Below, piece by piece: positions 20,368 through 30,920 of a stretch of DNA of 64,000 bases; positions within the stretch are counted from its first letter, which is position 1; each line of letters begins with the position of its first letter. The translations under genes and the position numbers were made by a program. Under the pieces are notes generated by a model that saw only the letters and a program-made list of their open reading frames with translations, did no database searches and was not told the origin of the DNA. The DNA is from Myxococcales bacterium. Lineage in GTDB: Bacteria; Myxococcota_A; Polyangia; Polyangiales; DASUME01. The stretch covers positions 1,536,001 to 1,600,000 of the forward strand of contig JASGJH010000001.1 in the NCBI GenBank assembly GCA_047601445.1. The letters run 5' to 3'.

Positions 20368-20549
20368 ACGCGTCCAGGTTTCGAGTTTGCTCTGCTGGCC
20401 CCAGCGCGCGCGCCTCCGCCCGCTTGGGCACGGCGCCGCCGCCGCCGCGTGTGTTCTGGCAACGAGCGACACCTGCGGCGGCGCCTCGCGAACGGGGGTA
20501 AGTTTTTGGCAGGCGCAGCCCCGCGCCGGAACCTTGCGGAGGCAAGCTC

Positions 20550-20750
20550 ATGCAACACGCGATTTTGCCGGAAGGCGAGCACGTACGAAGAGCGGTTCGC
20601 TGGATCTCGGATCAACGGCGCGAGCAGGTCCCCATCCCTGCACTGAAGCTCGTCGACGAGGCGGCGCGACTCTTCGATCTATCTCCGCTCGAAGAGGAAT
20701 GGCTGATGTCTACCTTCGCCAACGTGCGCACGGAGCACACCGTCGAATGA
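20550..20750 (+). CDS. Small conserved hypothetical protein (66 aa)
   Basis: GGAGG RBS; PEGE.VRRAVRWIS...LVDEAA..FDLSP..EE.L pattern recalled from deltaproteobacterial small proteins. Confidence 0.7.
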   Translation: MQHAILPEGEHVRRAVRWISDQRREQVPIPALKLVDEAARLFDLSPLEEEWLMSTFANVRTEHTVE

Positions 20751-20770
20751 CACAGCCAAGAGGCGAAGGG

Positions 20771-22048
20771 CTACGGCGCCCCCGGGCGCGCTAGGTCCTT
20801 GGGGGGAGAGTCCAGGGCCCGCAGTGCAGTTACTTGCTTCGCGCGCAGTAGCTCCTTGCGCTCTCCCCGCTCGCTCAACACGAAGACCACGCGCCCGCTG
20901 CTGCACAAGATTCCCTGCTCCATGAGATCGAAGGCGAGCACGCCGCGCGCAACGACTTCGGGCTTTCCACCCTGCTTGCAAGCGATGAGCTCGTGGCTGA
21001 GAACCCACTCCGCGTGTTCCTTGGGCTCCTCGCTCTCGGCCTGCTCGGCGTCCTCTGGCGCAACGGGGCGCACGCGGGCGCGCGCCGCGCCGTTCGCAAT
21101 GTCGGCCCCCTCCTCGTGCTGACCCGGCCGCAACATGCGGCGGCCCGTGTAGCTGGTGATGAAGAGCCCGAGCCAGACGATGGTGGCGTACAGGAGCCAA
21201 AACGGCGCCGTCACGGCACGCATCAGCATGGCGGGCAGATTGCGCTGGTTCGGCGGGCGATGCTTCTTGCGCAGACAGTACAGCGTTCCGTGTGCGTCGA
21301 CGCGTGGCGCGTAGAGGTCGTAGCCCGGCTGCTCCAGGGCCAGCCTGAGCTCGCCGCCTGCGATGTCGAGCAGCTGGATCACGCTCGGCGCAAAGCCGGC
21401 GAGGCGCCCCTCGGCGTCGCGCTGGATGCCGGTCGTCTGATAGACCAGCACCCGATCGCGCCCAGGCACCCAGCTCGGCGCGCAATCCAGGGAGTCGCCC
21501 GCCGTGAGCTCGGTGACCTCCGAGCCGTCCTCGTGCAGCACCGCGATGTGGCTCGCGAAGTTGTCCCCGCGCAGGCTGCACACCACGTAACCATGTTCCT
21601 CCACGCCGCCGAGGTCTTGCACTGCAAGGTCGGTCGTGTGGAAGAGGCGGCGCTCGTTGTGTCCGGGCTTGTCGTCACTGGCCTCGATGCGAAAGACCCC
21701 CGAGACGCTGCCCGACTGCTGCGCGTAGATCACGCGTGCGCCGTCCACGCACATCCCCGAGATCGCGACCGCCTGATAGGACCCCGCGCCCTGCTCCCCG
21801 AGGCCCCAGACCATGGAGCGGTAAGGCCCCGTACGGCCCTTGCCCTTCCAGGCATGCTTGCGCTCGATGGCTGCGGCCCGCTCGCCGACTTGCCGCGCGA
21901 AGGCGCTCTCGACACGCACTGGCGCAAGGCCCGGCCGCGCCAAAAACAGCGCCCCATCCGACACGTAGGCGAAGGCGCTGCCATGGCTCGAGGGTCGCTC
22001 CGCTGTCTCCGACGAGGCTAGCGGCGACGAAGCAGTGTGAGCAGACAC
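20771..22048 (-). CDS. Hypothetical beta-propeller/TolB-like protein with an internal hydrophobic segment
   Basis: ELTAGDSLDCAPSW (PD40-like) and YDLYAPR motifs; start uncertain. Confidence 0.6.
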   Translation of the reverse strand: MSAHTASSPLASSETAERPSSHGSAFAYVSDGALFLARPGLAPVRVESAFARQVGERAAAIERKHAWKGKGRTGPYRSMVWGLGEQGAGSYQAVAISGMCVDGARVIYAQQSGSVSGVFRIEASDDKPGHNERRLFHTTDLAVQDLGGVEEHGYVVCSLRGDNFASHIAVLHEDGSEVTELTAGDSLDCAPSWVPGRDRVLVYQTTGIQRDAEGRLAGFAPSVIQLLDIAGGELRLALEQPGYDLYAPRVDAHGTLYCLRKKHRPPNQRNLPAMLMRAVTAPFWLLYATIVWLGLFITSYTGRRMLRPGQHEEGADIANGAARARVRPVAPEDAEQAESEEPKEHAEWVLSHELIACKQGGKPEVVARGVLAFDLMEQGILCSSGRVVFVLSERGERKELLRAKQVTALRALDSPPKDLARPGAP

Positions 22049-22319
22049 GTTGGAGACCCCCCGAGCGGAACCAGCGCCACAGGCCCACGAGTATAGTCGC
22101 TCATGCTGTAGCTTGGTGCGCCTCCCAACGCGCGCTGCGCCGATTCGCTGTCTGCCCATGTGCGCAAAGCCGAGCGTCCCAGCTTCCGTTGAAAGATCGC
22201 CGGAAATTCAGCGCTCGTTTTCCGTCGGCCCCTTCACCCTGTTCACGCTTTCCGGTCACTGCACCGCTTTTTTTTCGCGGGCTTTGAAGCAACGGTCGAC
22301 GCCCACGTCAGCTTCGGCC

Positions 22320-22655
22320 ATGGCGAGCCTGCGGAAGCTTGTGCGCTGGACGGCCCTCGGCGGTTTGCTGAGCCTGCTCGCCCTCGGCGCCCTCTACGGC
22401 ACCATCTTCGCTCCCTACTACCTGGCCTCGTGGCAGTACGGCCGGCTCCTGACCCAAGCGCCCAGGTCACGCGCCGAGGTCGAGAACATCCTCGCCCTTT
22501 GCTCGCACACACGGCTGGGCAACGCGGAGTCCTATTGGTACCTGCGCCTCCCCCACACCGTCGAGTTCGAGCGCTACTCCATGTGGGGCCACCCGATCGA
22601 CGTCGGCTACGATCAGCGCGACCGCGTGGTGAGGATCGTTCCTGCGTTTCAGTGA
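22320..22655 (+). CDS. Small membrane-anchored hypothetical protein
   Basis: N-terminal TM helix, good coding bias. Confidence 0.5.
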   Translation: MASLRKLVRWTALGGLLSLLALGALYGTIFAPYYLASWQYGRLLTQAPRSRAEVENILALCSHTRLGNAESYWYLRLPHTVEFERYSMWGHPIDVGYDQRDRVVRIVPAFQ

Positions 22656-22820
22656 TCGCGTAGCGTTTTGTTCTGCCTCGGCGCGCGCCACGAGACATCG
22701 ACGAGTATCTTGCACCACAAGACCTTCCGCAGAGGGTCGGAACGCAACTGAGTAATCAACGCGTTAGGCACTCTTACCCATGTCGCCGCGTGACCTACCG
22801 CGCTAACTTGCCCGCTCCCC

Positions 22821-23912
22821 ATGAGTCCACGCAAGCCCGTCAAGATCCCTCCGGGGCTCTTGCTCGCGATCCACGAGGCCGCGGCGGATCCGCGCGCGTG
22901 GCCCGAGGCCTTGGCCCGCATCACGAGCTGGGTCGGCGGCGACGTGGGATCCTTGCTGGCGACGCGACCAGCAGACAAGGGAGCGGACACCAACCTCGTG
23001 GTGAGCGGGATCGCGCCCGAGGATCATCCGGCCCACCCGCGACATCAACAGCGGCGCCCGTCCTACGCTGCGCGCCTCGCGCGCCTGCCCGTTGGACGCG
23101 CCGTGCTGCTTCGGGACGCGCTGCAAAGTTCTCTTCGATCGCCGCGCGGAGAGCTCGCGCGCAAGCACCAGCTGACGGATCTGCAGGGCATCGTGCTGCA
23201 CCGGGACGCAAACTGGCGCGTCAGCCTGGGCACCTTCGGACGCCGCGGCCGGCGCTTCGACGAGCGCACACGTCACCGCCTCGAGGTGGTGGGGCATCAT
23301 CTGCACCAGGCACTTCGACTTGGCCGGCGCTTCGAGACGGTGGGCTCGGATTCTGACTCGGGACTTCAAATCGCCACGCGGATGGGACTCGTGCACGCGC
23401 TGGAAGTCGACCGTGAACTACGCCTGCTCTCCGGTCACGAACGCTGGCAACGTGACCAGGCACGCGACCGCGCCGAAGGCACCCGTACACTCGTGCCGCT
23501 CCACATCGAGCAGCAGCGCCTACGCGCGCGGGACGCCCACGACCAGCCGCGTCTGCTCCATGCCGTCCAGCAAGCCACCCTCGGCAAGCAGTCGGTGCTC
23601 AGCTTCGAGGTCGGCGAACAGCGCGCCCTCGTGGGCTTCGCTCCCGGCCCGTGGATCTCTCCGCTGGGGCACGAGCGCGCCGCCTTGGTGATCATGCCTC
23701 CGCTGTGGTCCGGCCGCGCGACGCCCGAGGACGACCCATTCGGGAAGTTGCCGAAGGCGCTGCGTGAGGTCGCAGAGCAGCTGGCCCTAGGTCGCACCGA
23801 CAAGGAGATCGCGATCAGCATGGGCCTCTCCCTGGCCTCCGCGCGCACCTACGTCGCACGCACCATGAAGCGCCTGGGCATCAACAACCGGCGTGAGCTG
23901 ATGCGGCGCTGA
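22821..23912 (+). CDS. LuxR-type HTH transcriptional regulator
   Basis: C-terminal LALGRTDKEIAISMGLSLASARTYV..TMKRLGINNRREL; N-terminal IHEAA.DP.AW GAF-like region. Confidence 0.85.
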   Translation: MSPRKPVKIPPGLLLAIHEAAADPRAWPEALARITSWVGGDVGSLLATRPADKGADTNLVVSGIAPEDHPAHPRHQQRRPSYAARLARLPVGRAVLLRDALQSSLRSPRGELARKHQLTDLQGIVLHRDANWRVSLGTFGRRGRRFDERTRHRLEVVGHHLHQALRLGRRFETVGSDSDSGLQIATRMGLVHALEVDRELRLLSGHERWQRDQARDRAEGTRTLVPLHIEQQRLRARDAHDQPRLLHAVQQATLGKQSVLSFEVGEQRALVGFAPGPWISPLGHERAALVIMPPLWSGRATPEDDPFGKLPKALREVAEQLALGRTDKEIAISMGLSLASARTYVARTMKRLGINNRRELMRR

Positions 23913-23970
23913 GCAGGGCTGCAAGCAGCGCTAGCTCCCTGCGCACGGGGGGTCGCGAAGCCCGTGCGGC

Positions 23971-24906
23971 CTAGGTCCGTTCGATCGACAAATACCCGAT
24001 ATACCCAAGGGAGTCCTGGAACGACCGCAGGTCGGCGACGCAATCCGTCGGCACGTCCGCCGCCAGCGCACACAGCGCCTCGGCGTCTCGCGTGGCTAAG
24101 TACCAGTGCATGAAAGCCTCCACGAACGCCACGGTGCCGAAGTCCGGTCGGTGGTTCGCGATCAAGAGCCGCCCCCGGCTGGCGAGTGCATTCGTGAGGA
24201 CCCCCGTGAGCTGTCTCGCCCGCGCTGAGTCCAGGTAGTCGTACAGCGTAGCCACGTAGATGAAGTCGAAGCCCGCGAGCGCGACCGTGCCCGCGAGCAA
24301 CGCGTCGACCCCCGCATGGATGGTCTTGATCTTGAGGCTCGGTGAGCTGCGCTGGATCTCCTCCAGACAAGCCGGATCGGGATCCACCGCCACGAGCTCC
24401 TGGAACTGCTCACCGATCACCGCCACCGAGCGGCTGGTCTCGCGCAAGAATCCCGATCCGACCGAGAGGATTCGGCAGCTCGGGCGCTGTACGCACGCCT
24501 CGTCCATCTGCGCCCCGATGAAATTGCGTCGCTCTCGCAGCGCCATCGCGGTCCCGCTGTGAACCGCCGTGCACTGGAAAAGCCTGACGCCCTCCGCGCT
24601 GACCGAGCCGAGCCGGCGGTCCCAGCCGCCGTGATAGAACGCGTCCAGAATGGCGGCCCGGTTCGTGTATCCATCGGCATGGCCGCGTGCCATGCGGGTC
24701 ATTGGATCGGCTCCGAGACGCGCGTAAAGCGGATGCACTCGGCAGATCGCCACGGCCTTCTCACGGAACGCCTGCGCCCCGAGGTTGCCGCGGATCCGCA
24801 TCAATCCGCTCACCAGCTCCTGAAGGCTCGTCTCAATCTCACCGCGCTCGAACGCAGCGAGGGTCCCATCGAGCAAGCCCGAAAGTTCGCTCCACTCATC
24901 GCTCAT
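23971..24906 (-). CDS. Class I SAM-dependent methyltransferase (PhcB-like family)
   Basis: ILSVGSGFLRE, FDFIYVATLYDYL, L...GRLLIAN, EAFMHWYL.TR. Confidence 0.8.
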   Translation of the reverse strand: MSDEWSELSGLLDGTLAAFERGEIETSLQELVSGLMRIRGNLGAQAFREKAVAICRVHPLYARLGADPMTRMARGHADGYTNRAAILDAFYHGGWDRRLGSVSAEGVRLFQCTAVHSGTAMALRERRNFIGAQMDEACVQRPSCRILSVGSGFLRETSRSVAVIGEQFQELVAVDPDPACLEEIQRSSPSLKIKTIHAGVDALLAGTVALAGFDFIYVATLYDYLDSARARQLTGVLTNALASRGRLLIANHRPDFGTVAFVEAFMHWYLATRDAEALCALAADVPTDCVADLRSFQDSLGYIGYLSIERT

Positions 24907-25022
24907 GAAAGACAACCACCCGCACGCGGCTCTGTGTTCGCCCGCGCTCCTCCTAACAGACTGGAGGGCAACTTTACGAACCTGTCCGCAGTCAGCCAGG
25001 TCTACAAATGTGGACACCGACC

Positions 25023-25508
25023 TCAGGTGCGGCGGAGAACGCGACAACGGACGCGATAGGACGTGGCTAGATCACCCCACTGAAGCCCGAGCATGCTCGA
25101 CAGCGCTTCGCCGGAGAGTCCCTTGCGCGCGGGATGATGCTTGCCGAGTCGCTCCCAGCCGCGGTGCTCGAGGATCACGCGTGTACCCTGATGCTGCGGC
25201 TCGAAACGGACCTCGAGTTCGGTGAACTCCTCGGGTGCAAAATTACGCAGGCGATAGGTCAGCACGAGCCGCTTGCCCGGCTCCCAAGTCAGCACCCTTC
25301 CCAGCTCGAACGAATCGCCCCCCGAGGTCTCCACCAAACGGCGCCCGCGCTGATCCTGCTCGAAGTGGATCTGACTGTCTGCCCCACCCCCACGGAATCT
25401 CGGCTCGCGCCGCCACCAGAGGTCTACTTCCTCGGTGAACACCTGGAAGGCGTCCGCCGGTGAGACGTCGACGTAGGTCGTGACCCGCGCACTCTCTGGC
25501 CGTGTCAT
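25023..25508 (-). CDS. SRPBCC/AHSA1 domain protein
   Basis: AF.VFTEE.DLWW, WEPGKRLVL, TELEVRFEP..GTRV.LEHRGW. Confidence 0.88.
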   Translation of the reverse strand: MTRPESARVTTYVDVSPADAFQVFTEEVDLWWRREPRFRGGGADSQIHFEQDQRGRRLVETSGGDSFELGRVLTWEPGKRLVLTYRLRNFAPEEFTELEVRFEPQHQGTRVILEHRGWERLGKHHPARKGLSGEALSSMLGLQWGDLATSYRVRCRVLRRT

Positions 25509-25864
25509 GGCTCCCTCTCTCGCTTGCTAGCCCGCCCGCGCGTGCGCTCGGCGTGCCGCTTGAAGCTGTCGAGCTGCAGGCTCCAGCCAGCTTCGATCTC
25601 GTCGAGCCAACTGCGTAGCTCCTCGAAGGGCGCCTTGCGCAGCCGATAGACCCGCACGCGCGCGTCCTCGGCCAGTGATTCCTCCTGTACCAAACCTGCT
25701 TCACGCAACAGCCTCAGGTGGCGCGTCATGGCCGGCTTGTTCATCTCGAGCGCCTCGGTGAGCTCACCCACCCGACGCGGCCCACTCCGCAGCAGTTCGA
25801 CCACGCCCCTGCGCGTGGGATCCGAGAGCGCTGCAAAGGTCTCCTGAACCGCGGCGGCTCTCAT
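25505..25864 (-). CDS. ArsR/SmtB family regulator
   Basis: FAALSDPTRR..VELL...VGEL...MTRHLRLLREAGLV; ATGA overlaps on both sides. Confidence 0.9.
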   Translation of the reverse strand: MRAAAVQETFAALSDPTRRGVVELLRSGPRRVGELTEALEMNKPAMTRHLRLLREAGLVQEESLAEDARVRVYRLRKAPFEELRSWLDEIEAGWSLQLDSFKRHAERTRGRASKREREP

Positions 25865-26268
25865 GCCGGTGCCCCGGACGACAGCGTCGCGAACACCCAG
25901 CGATGGCCCTCCGGATCGCTCGCACGGTAGCGCCGCATGCCATGTTCCTCGAGCGGCTCCGAGGTAATCGTCGCGCCCCCCTGGAGCGCCCGCGCGTAGT
26001 GCGCGTCGACATCGTCCACGTAGAAATACAGCGTGCAGGTAGTGTTGCCGAGGTGCAGCGGCGTGTCTCCGAAGCCCTCGAACACCGACGCCAGCATCAG
26101 CGTGTTGCCCTGGCACTCGAGCTCGGCATGCCCTACCCGGCCATCGGGCATTGGGTAACGCATGGTCTCGCGAAAGCCGAACGCGTCGCACAAGAACGCG
26201 ATGGCCGAGGGCGCGTCCGCGTACATCAGGTAGGGCACGATACGCTGCTTTTCCGGAGCTCGATCCAT
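25861..26268 (-). CDS. VOC (glyoxalase/bleomycin resistance) family protein
   Basis: IVPYLMY.DA..AI.FL..AFGF, YVDDVDAHYARA, DPEGHRW. Confidence 0.9.
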   Translation of the reverse strand: MDRAPEKQRIVPYLMYADAPSAIAFLCDAFGFRETMRYPMPDGRVGHAELECQGNTLMLASVFEGFGDTPLHLGNTTCTLYFYVDDVDAHYARALQGGATITSEPLEEHGMRRYRASDPEGHRWVFATLSSGAPA

Positions 26269-26314
26269 GGCGGCCTCCATCTCGATGGGTGCCAGTGCTT
26301 TGTACCTCCCGCAA

Positions 26315-26338
26315 TTAGTTCACGCAAATGGAAACTAT
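26315..26338. promoter_or_regulatory. Candidate ArsR operator
   Basis: AT-rich imperfect palindrome TAGTTCACGCAAATGGAAACTA upstream of the VOC-ArsR-SRPBCC operon. Confidence 0.35.
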
Positions 26339-26379
26339 TTAATCGACACCGAGTGGCCGCCGCATCGGCCACAGCCCGG

Positions 26380-27312
26380 TCAGTGGTGTTTGGCCCAGGG
26401 CGAGAGCAGCGCGTAGCTGATGCGCGCGCCGTAGAAGCGATAGGCGGCCGCGCCGCCCGAGGTGGTCAGGTCCTGGTTGTACTGCAGCAGCAGCAGGAGC
26501 TCGGGCAAGACGCTAATGGCCCAGGTGAAGCGCATGGCGTTCACGTGCTGCCGCGGGTCAATCGTCTGCTGCATGCTCGTACCGTCTGTCTTCACGTTCA
26601 CGAAGCGCCGCCCGTAGCTGGTGACATAGTAAGACACGGCCACGAACATCCGCTCCGAGAGATCCACGGCCAGGTGGAAGTCGGCACCATACGAGGGCTT
26701 CTGTTCCAGCCTCTGCTTGCCTAGCATCGGCACCACGTAGTCCGGGTTGTCCGTGTAGCAGGCCACGCCGGTCACGCCCTCCAAAGACACGATCTTGTAG
26801 CGATGTCCGACCATTCCCTGCGGCCTGAAGACCCAGCGGTTCTCACCGATGTTGACGAGCTTGGAGGCCTTGTAGCTACCGGTGGGCGCATTCATGTAGA
26901 GCGAGAACGCCGTGTACGTGTAGCTCTCTTTGGAATGGCGGAAGGTGTAGCCGACCGCCGGAATATAGAGCAGGTCGCCAATTCCCGATGAGTGACTCGC
27001 GTAGTTGAGGTTCGGCATGCCACTGGGCACGTAGGCCGTCACGTCGACCACCGGCAAAAAGAAGTTGAAGGGAGCGATGCCCAGGTTGCCGACCTTCAGC
27101 ACGTAGGTCGCGCCGAACACCGCGTAGGAGATGGTCGCGCTCTCTCGATACGAACTCGACTCGTGACGCAGGTAGTTCGAGAAGAAGGTGCTTCGCGTCG
27201 GATAGCGGCTCCCATCGTAGTCGCGCGGGTCCGAGCGGAGCTGCGCATGACCACTCGCGGTCCACAGTGAAAGCCACGTAGCGAGGCAAACGACGCCAGC
27301 GAGCCCTCTCAT
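26380..27312 (-). CDS. Outer-membrane transporter, MetA-pathway/phenol-degradation (COG4313) family
   Basis: Signal peptide; SGIGDL, APTGSY...KLVNIGENRW, TDNPDY motifs. Confidence 0.8.
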   Translation of the reverse strand: MRGLAGVVCLATWLSLWTASGHAQLRSDPRDYDGSRYPTRSTFFSNYLRHESSSYRESATISYAVFGATYVLKVGNLGIAPFNFFLPVVDVTAYVPSGMPNLNYASHSSGIGDLLYIPAVGYTFRHSKESYTYTAFSLYMNAPTGSYKASKLVNIGENRWVFRPQGMVGHRYKIVSLEGVTGVACYTDNPDYVVPMLGKQRLEQKPSYGADFHLAVDLSERMFVAVSYYVTSYGRRFVNVKTDGTSMQQTIDPRQHVNAMRFTWAISVLPELLLLLQYNQDLTTSGGAAAYRFYGARISYALLSPWAKHH

Positions 27313-27467
27313 GGGGTCCTTCTCTCCGGCTCCTGACACGCGTCGAATGACGAACAGGTCCGGGCGATGGAGGCCAAGCATAAGGCATCTCGCAGCGCCC
27401 GCTCCTAGCTTTCCTCACGCCGCTCCCATCCTGGGATGAGCCTCGCACGGGCTGATTTTACGGACTT

Positions 27468-30107
27468 TCAGCTCGCCAGCGCGCGCCGTACGGATTGGGC
27501 CAACGCTTTCAACGAGAACGGCTTGTGCAGCAGCGGCGCGTTGCGCACGTCGACGCCGCGCCCGAACACCATCTCGTCCGCGTACCCAGACATGTAGAGC
27601 ACCGGCAAACTGGGCCGCACCGCGCGCAGCCGTTCTACCAGCGCGCCCCCACTCTCGCCCTGCAGCACGATGTCCGTGATCAATAGGTCCACGCGCGAGA
27701 GGTCCTGGCGCAGGGCCCGAAAGGCTTCCTCGGCGCTCGCGTACGTCCGAACCTGGTAGCCGAGTTGGTGCAGCTGCTCCTCGGCCAACTCCCGCACCGC
27801 CGGCTGGTCTTCGACCAGCGCCACGCGCTCGGTCCCAACCGGGATGTCCGTCTCCCGCCGGCGCAAGCTGCCCAGGGGTTCGGAGCTGGCCGGCAGATAG
27901 ATCTCGAACTGTGTGCCCGCGCCCGGCGCGCTGTGTACCGTGATGAAGCCGCCGCTCTCCCGCACCACGTTGTCCACGGTCGCCAGACCGATACCGGTTC
28001 CCTTGCCGGAGCCCTTGGTGGTGAAGAAGGGCTCGAACATGTGCTGCATCACAGTCGGACTCATCCCCACGCCGGTATCGCGGATCGACAGCTTGACGTG
28101 GCCGTAGGGAGTCTGGCGCGCGCCCGGAACCTCCGGCAGAGGCTCGCCCGAGGCCACCTGGCCTGTGCTGATGGTGAGAACACCGCCCGCCTCCATGGCG
28201 TCCCGCGCGTTGACCGCCAGGTTGATCAGCACTTGCTCCAGCTGGGTGACGTCCGCGAACACGTGCAAGGGCGTTGGAATCAGCTCCAGGCGCAGCTGAA
28301 TGTCCTCGCGAATCAGGCGGCGCAGCATGCTGTGGGTCTGCCGTACCACTTCGTTGAGGTCCAGCACGCGCGGGTCAGTCGGCTGTCTGCGCGCGAACAT
28401 CAGGAGTTGGCGCGTGAGTCCCGCCGCGCTCTCGCCGGCGACAGTGGCGTGTTCCAGGTGTTGCGGATTGCTCTTGCCGCGCGCCATGTCCATGCGAGCG
28501 AGCTCGATGTGTCCGAGGATGACCGTGAGCAGGTTGTTGAAGTCGTGCGCGATGCCGCCGGCCAGGCGTCCGATGGAGTCCACGCGCTGGCTGTGATGCA
28601 GCTGCTCTCGCAGCATGGCGCGTTCGCGCTCGGCGCGCTCGTGCTCCGTCATATCGCGGGCCTCGGCCAGCAGCAGCACGTCTTGGTCTTCGAACCACAA
28701 CGGCTTGAGCGAGAAGTCGAATGGATGCGGTTGACCGGCCCGGTCCAACTGCGTCACCTCCATCTGCACGTGCTCACCGCGCGCCGCGCGCCGAATGGCC
28801 TCCTGCAGGCGCCCCTGCAGCTCGCTGGAGTGGCTCCACCAGGGCGTCTCCCACAGTGGCTTCCCCAGCACCGACACCTCGGTCGTGCCGGCGAACTCCA
28901 GCGCCGAGCGATTGACACCGGTGAGGGTACCGTCGGCCGACAGCGTGGCCATCAACTGGGTCGCACCGTCCACCAACAGCTTGAAGCGCCGCTCGCTCGC
29001 CAAGGTGGCGCGCTCCGCCTCCTCCTTCTCGGCGATCCGCGCGTGCAGCTCGCTGGTACGCTCACGCACCCGCTGTTCCAGTACTTCTTGAGCTTCCAGC
29101 AGCTCACGCTCGGCTCGCCTCCGCTCGGTCACGTCGCGCAGCAGCGCCACGCGCCCGCCCGAGGCGAGCCGGCGCACGCTGACATCGAACGCGCGGCCGC
29201 GCACGTCGACGGAGTACTCGGTGTTCGAGCTCCCCACTGCGATGGACTTGGCGGACCAGGTCGGCAGCACGCTCGAGGCCTGTGTGCCGAGCTGGACATG
29301 GCTGCCGAACAGCGCCTTGGCCGCGGGGTTCAGGTCGACCACACGTTCATGCGCATCGATCACCAGCACGGGGTCGGGTACCTGCTCGAACACCACGTGC
29401 CGCGCGATGGGCACCAGGTTCAAAAACCGTCCACGCTGCAGTGCCCAGGTGATCGGCACGGCACCGATCCCGAAGCAGATGGGCGAGACATCGCGCTGCC
29501 CAAACAGCTCCGGGTCGAGAAGCCCGATCAAGTTTCCGGCCATGGGCAAGGCCAAGCCGAACATCACGAGCAGCGCCTGCGCGCGCAGGCCACGAGGATG
29601 CTCGACGGCAGCGCGTCCCACGATCACCACCACGTAGAGCGCAATCAGGTACATCTGGACGCTGAAGAGCAGATCCAGGAACCCGAAGTCGTAGATGAGC
29701 ATGTCGAAGGGGGGCGACGGAACGACATGGGCGCTGGCCCGCGCATGCCCGTGCAGCGGGTCCGTCAGCACCCAGATCACCGTGGCCACCGGGATCACCA
29801 TCACGTAGCCGAGCAGGCGGGACAGACGCGGCGGCACGCACTGCGCGTACTCCCACGCGAACCAGAGCATGGTGGGGCTGAAGCCCAGCCAGGCCACGTA
29901 TTGGATGTTGTCCCAGAGTAACTTCGCCTGAACCCCGTCGGAGAGCAGCTCGGCCACGTAGCCCATGCCGCAGACGCTCTGCGTGAGCATGTACAGGGAG
30001 AATGCCCGCGCGGCCGGGTGCGGCCTAAGCCGCCACGCGAAAGCTGCGCAGGCCAGGGTCAGCGTGGCGGAGGATGAAGCCAACAGCAGCAACAACCAGC
30101 CGTGCAT
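27468..30107 (-). CDS. HisKA_7TM-PAS-PAS hybrid histidine kinase-receiver
   Basis: 7TM N-terminus, two PAS domains, AHDFNNLL, FEPFFTTK, receiver domain. Confidence 0.92.
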   Translation of the reverse strand: MHGWLLLLLASSSATLTLACAAFAWRLRPHPAARAFSLYMLTQSVCGMGYVAELLSDGVQAKLLWDNIQYVAWLGFSPTMLWFAWEYAQCVPPRLSRLLGYVMVIPVATVIWVLTDPLHGHARASAHVVPSPPFDMLIYDFGFLDLLFSVQMYLIALYVVVIVGRAAVEHPRGLRAQALLVMFGLALPMAGNLIGLLDPELFGQRDVSPICFGIGAVPITWALQRGRFLNLVPIARHVVFEQVPDPVLVIDAHERVVDLNPAAKALFGSHVQLGTQASSVLPTWSAKSIAVGSSNTEYSVDVRGRAFDVSVRRLASGGRVALLRDVTERRRAERELLEAQEVLEQRVRERTSELHARIAEKEEAERATLASERRFKLLVDGATQLMATLSADGTLTGVNRSALEFAGTTEVSVLGKPLWETPWWSHSSELQGRLQEAIRRAARGEHVQMEVTQLDRAGQPHPFDFSLKPLWFEDQDVLLLAEARDMTEHERAERERAMLREQLHHSQRVDSIGRLAGGIAHDFNNLLTVILGHIELARMDMARGKSNPQHLEHATVAGESAAGLTRQLLMFARRQPTDPRVLDLNEVVRQTHSMLRRLIREDIQLRLELIPTPLHVFADVTQLEQVLINLAVNARDAMEAGGVLTISTGQVASGEPLPEVPGARQTPYGHVKLSIRDTGVGMSPTVMQHMFEPFFTTKGSGKGTGIGLATVDNVVRESGGFITVHSAPGAGTQFEIYLPASSEPLGSLRRRETDIPVGTERVALVEDQPAVRELAEEQLHQLGYQVRTYASAEEAFRALRQDLSRVDLLITDIVLQGESGGALVERLRAVRPSLPVLYMSGYADEMVFGRGVDVRNAPLLHKPFSLKALAQSVRRALAS

Positions 30108-30419
30108 CCCGCCCCCTTGGTCAGTTTAACCAAGGTTTGTCCTGGTTGCGGCCAAGGCGGTGCCGCGCGCAACCCGTGTGGAAGCGTGCACGGTTTGGCG
30201 AGCTCGAGAGCTGCACGCGAAGGACCGTGCGGAACCCCTCGAAGTGTGCGCCACAGGCTGTCTCAAATTGCCCCGCCTCCTGTACTTCCCTTCACAAACG
30301 TTGGCCCTTCGTGCGCGTATTTGCGCGGTTCATGGCGCTGGAACAAATCGTGCTCTGGACCGCGAAAGGACACGAAGGAGCCCCCCGATTGGGGTCGCTC
30401 GACTGGAGGGAGAGCGCCC

Positions 30420-30776
30420 GTGAGCCTCGTCTACCTTGCCGCCTGCGGCTGCCTGATTGGACTCATCCTGCGCCTCCCGTCCTCCCATGAACCGCGTATG
30501 CCACTGCTGGCGATGATCGGCATCGGCGCGGGCGGGGCGCTGATGGGAAGCTTCCTGGTGGGCGCAGCAGGTGAGCTGAGCGTGATGGAGATCGACCTGC
30601 TCGTGGTGCTCGGCGCCGTGACGGGCGCGCTGCTCGTGCTCGCGGCCTCCCATGGCTACTACCGCCTGTGCGTGAACCGGGTGGAGCGCGCGCATGCGAT
30701 CTCGCTGATCGAGCTCTCGAGGCCGACTCTGGAGGCAGTGCCCATCCGCACCACGCAGCCGCCACCCGCCCTGTGA
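30420..30776 (+). CDS. GlsB/YeaQ/YmgE-like small membrane protein
   Basis: GGAGG RBS plus GTG; IGIGAGGALMGSFL..AVTGALLVL. Confidence 0.55.
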   Translation: MSLVYLAACGCLIGLILRLPSSHEPRMPLLAMIGIGAGGALMGSFLVGAAGELSVMEIDLLVVLGAVTGALLVLAASHGYYRLCVNRVERAHAISLIELSRPTLEAVPIRTTQPPPAL

Positions 30777-30920
30777 GTGCAGCGAGAATCCGCACCGAAC
30801 TCGTGTGGCTTGCCCCGCGGTCGTGGATGGATGGGCGCATAGCACCGAGCAGGAAAGGCTCCCCAGCTGCCGTTTGCAATCGATCGTCCGCCCGTGTCAA
30901 AGCGACTGAAGGGGGAAGCG

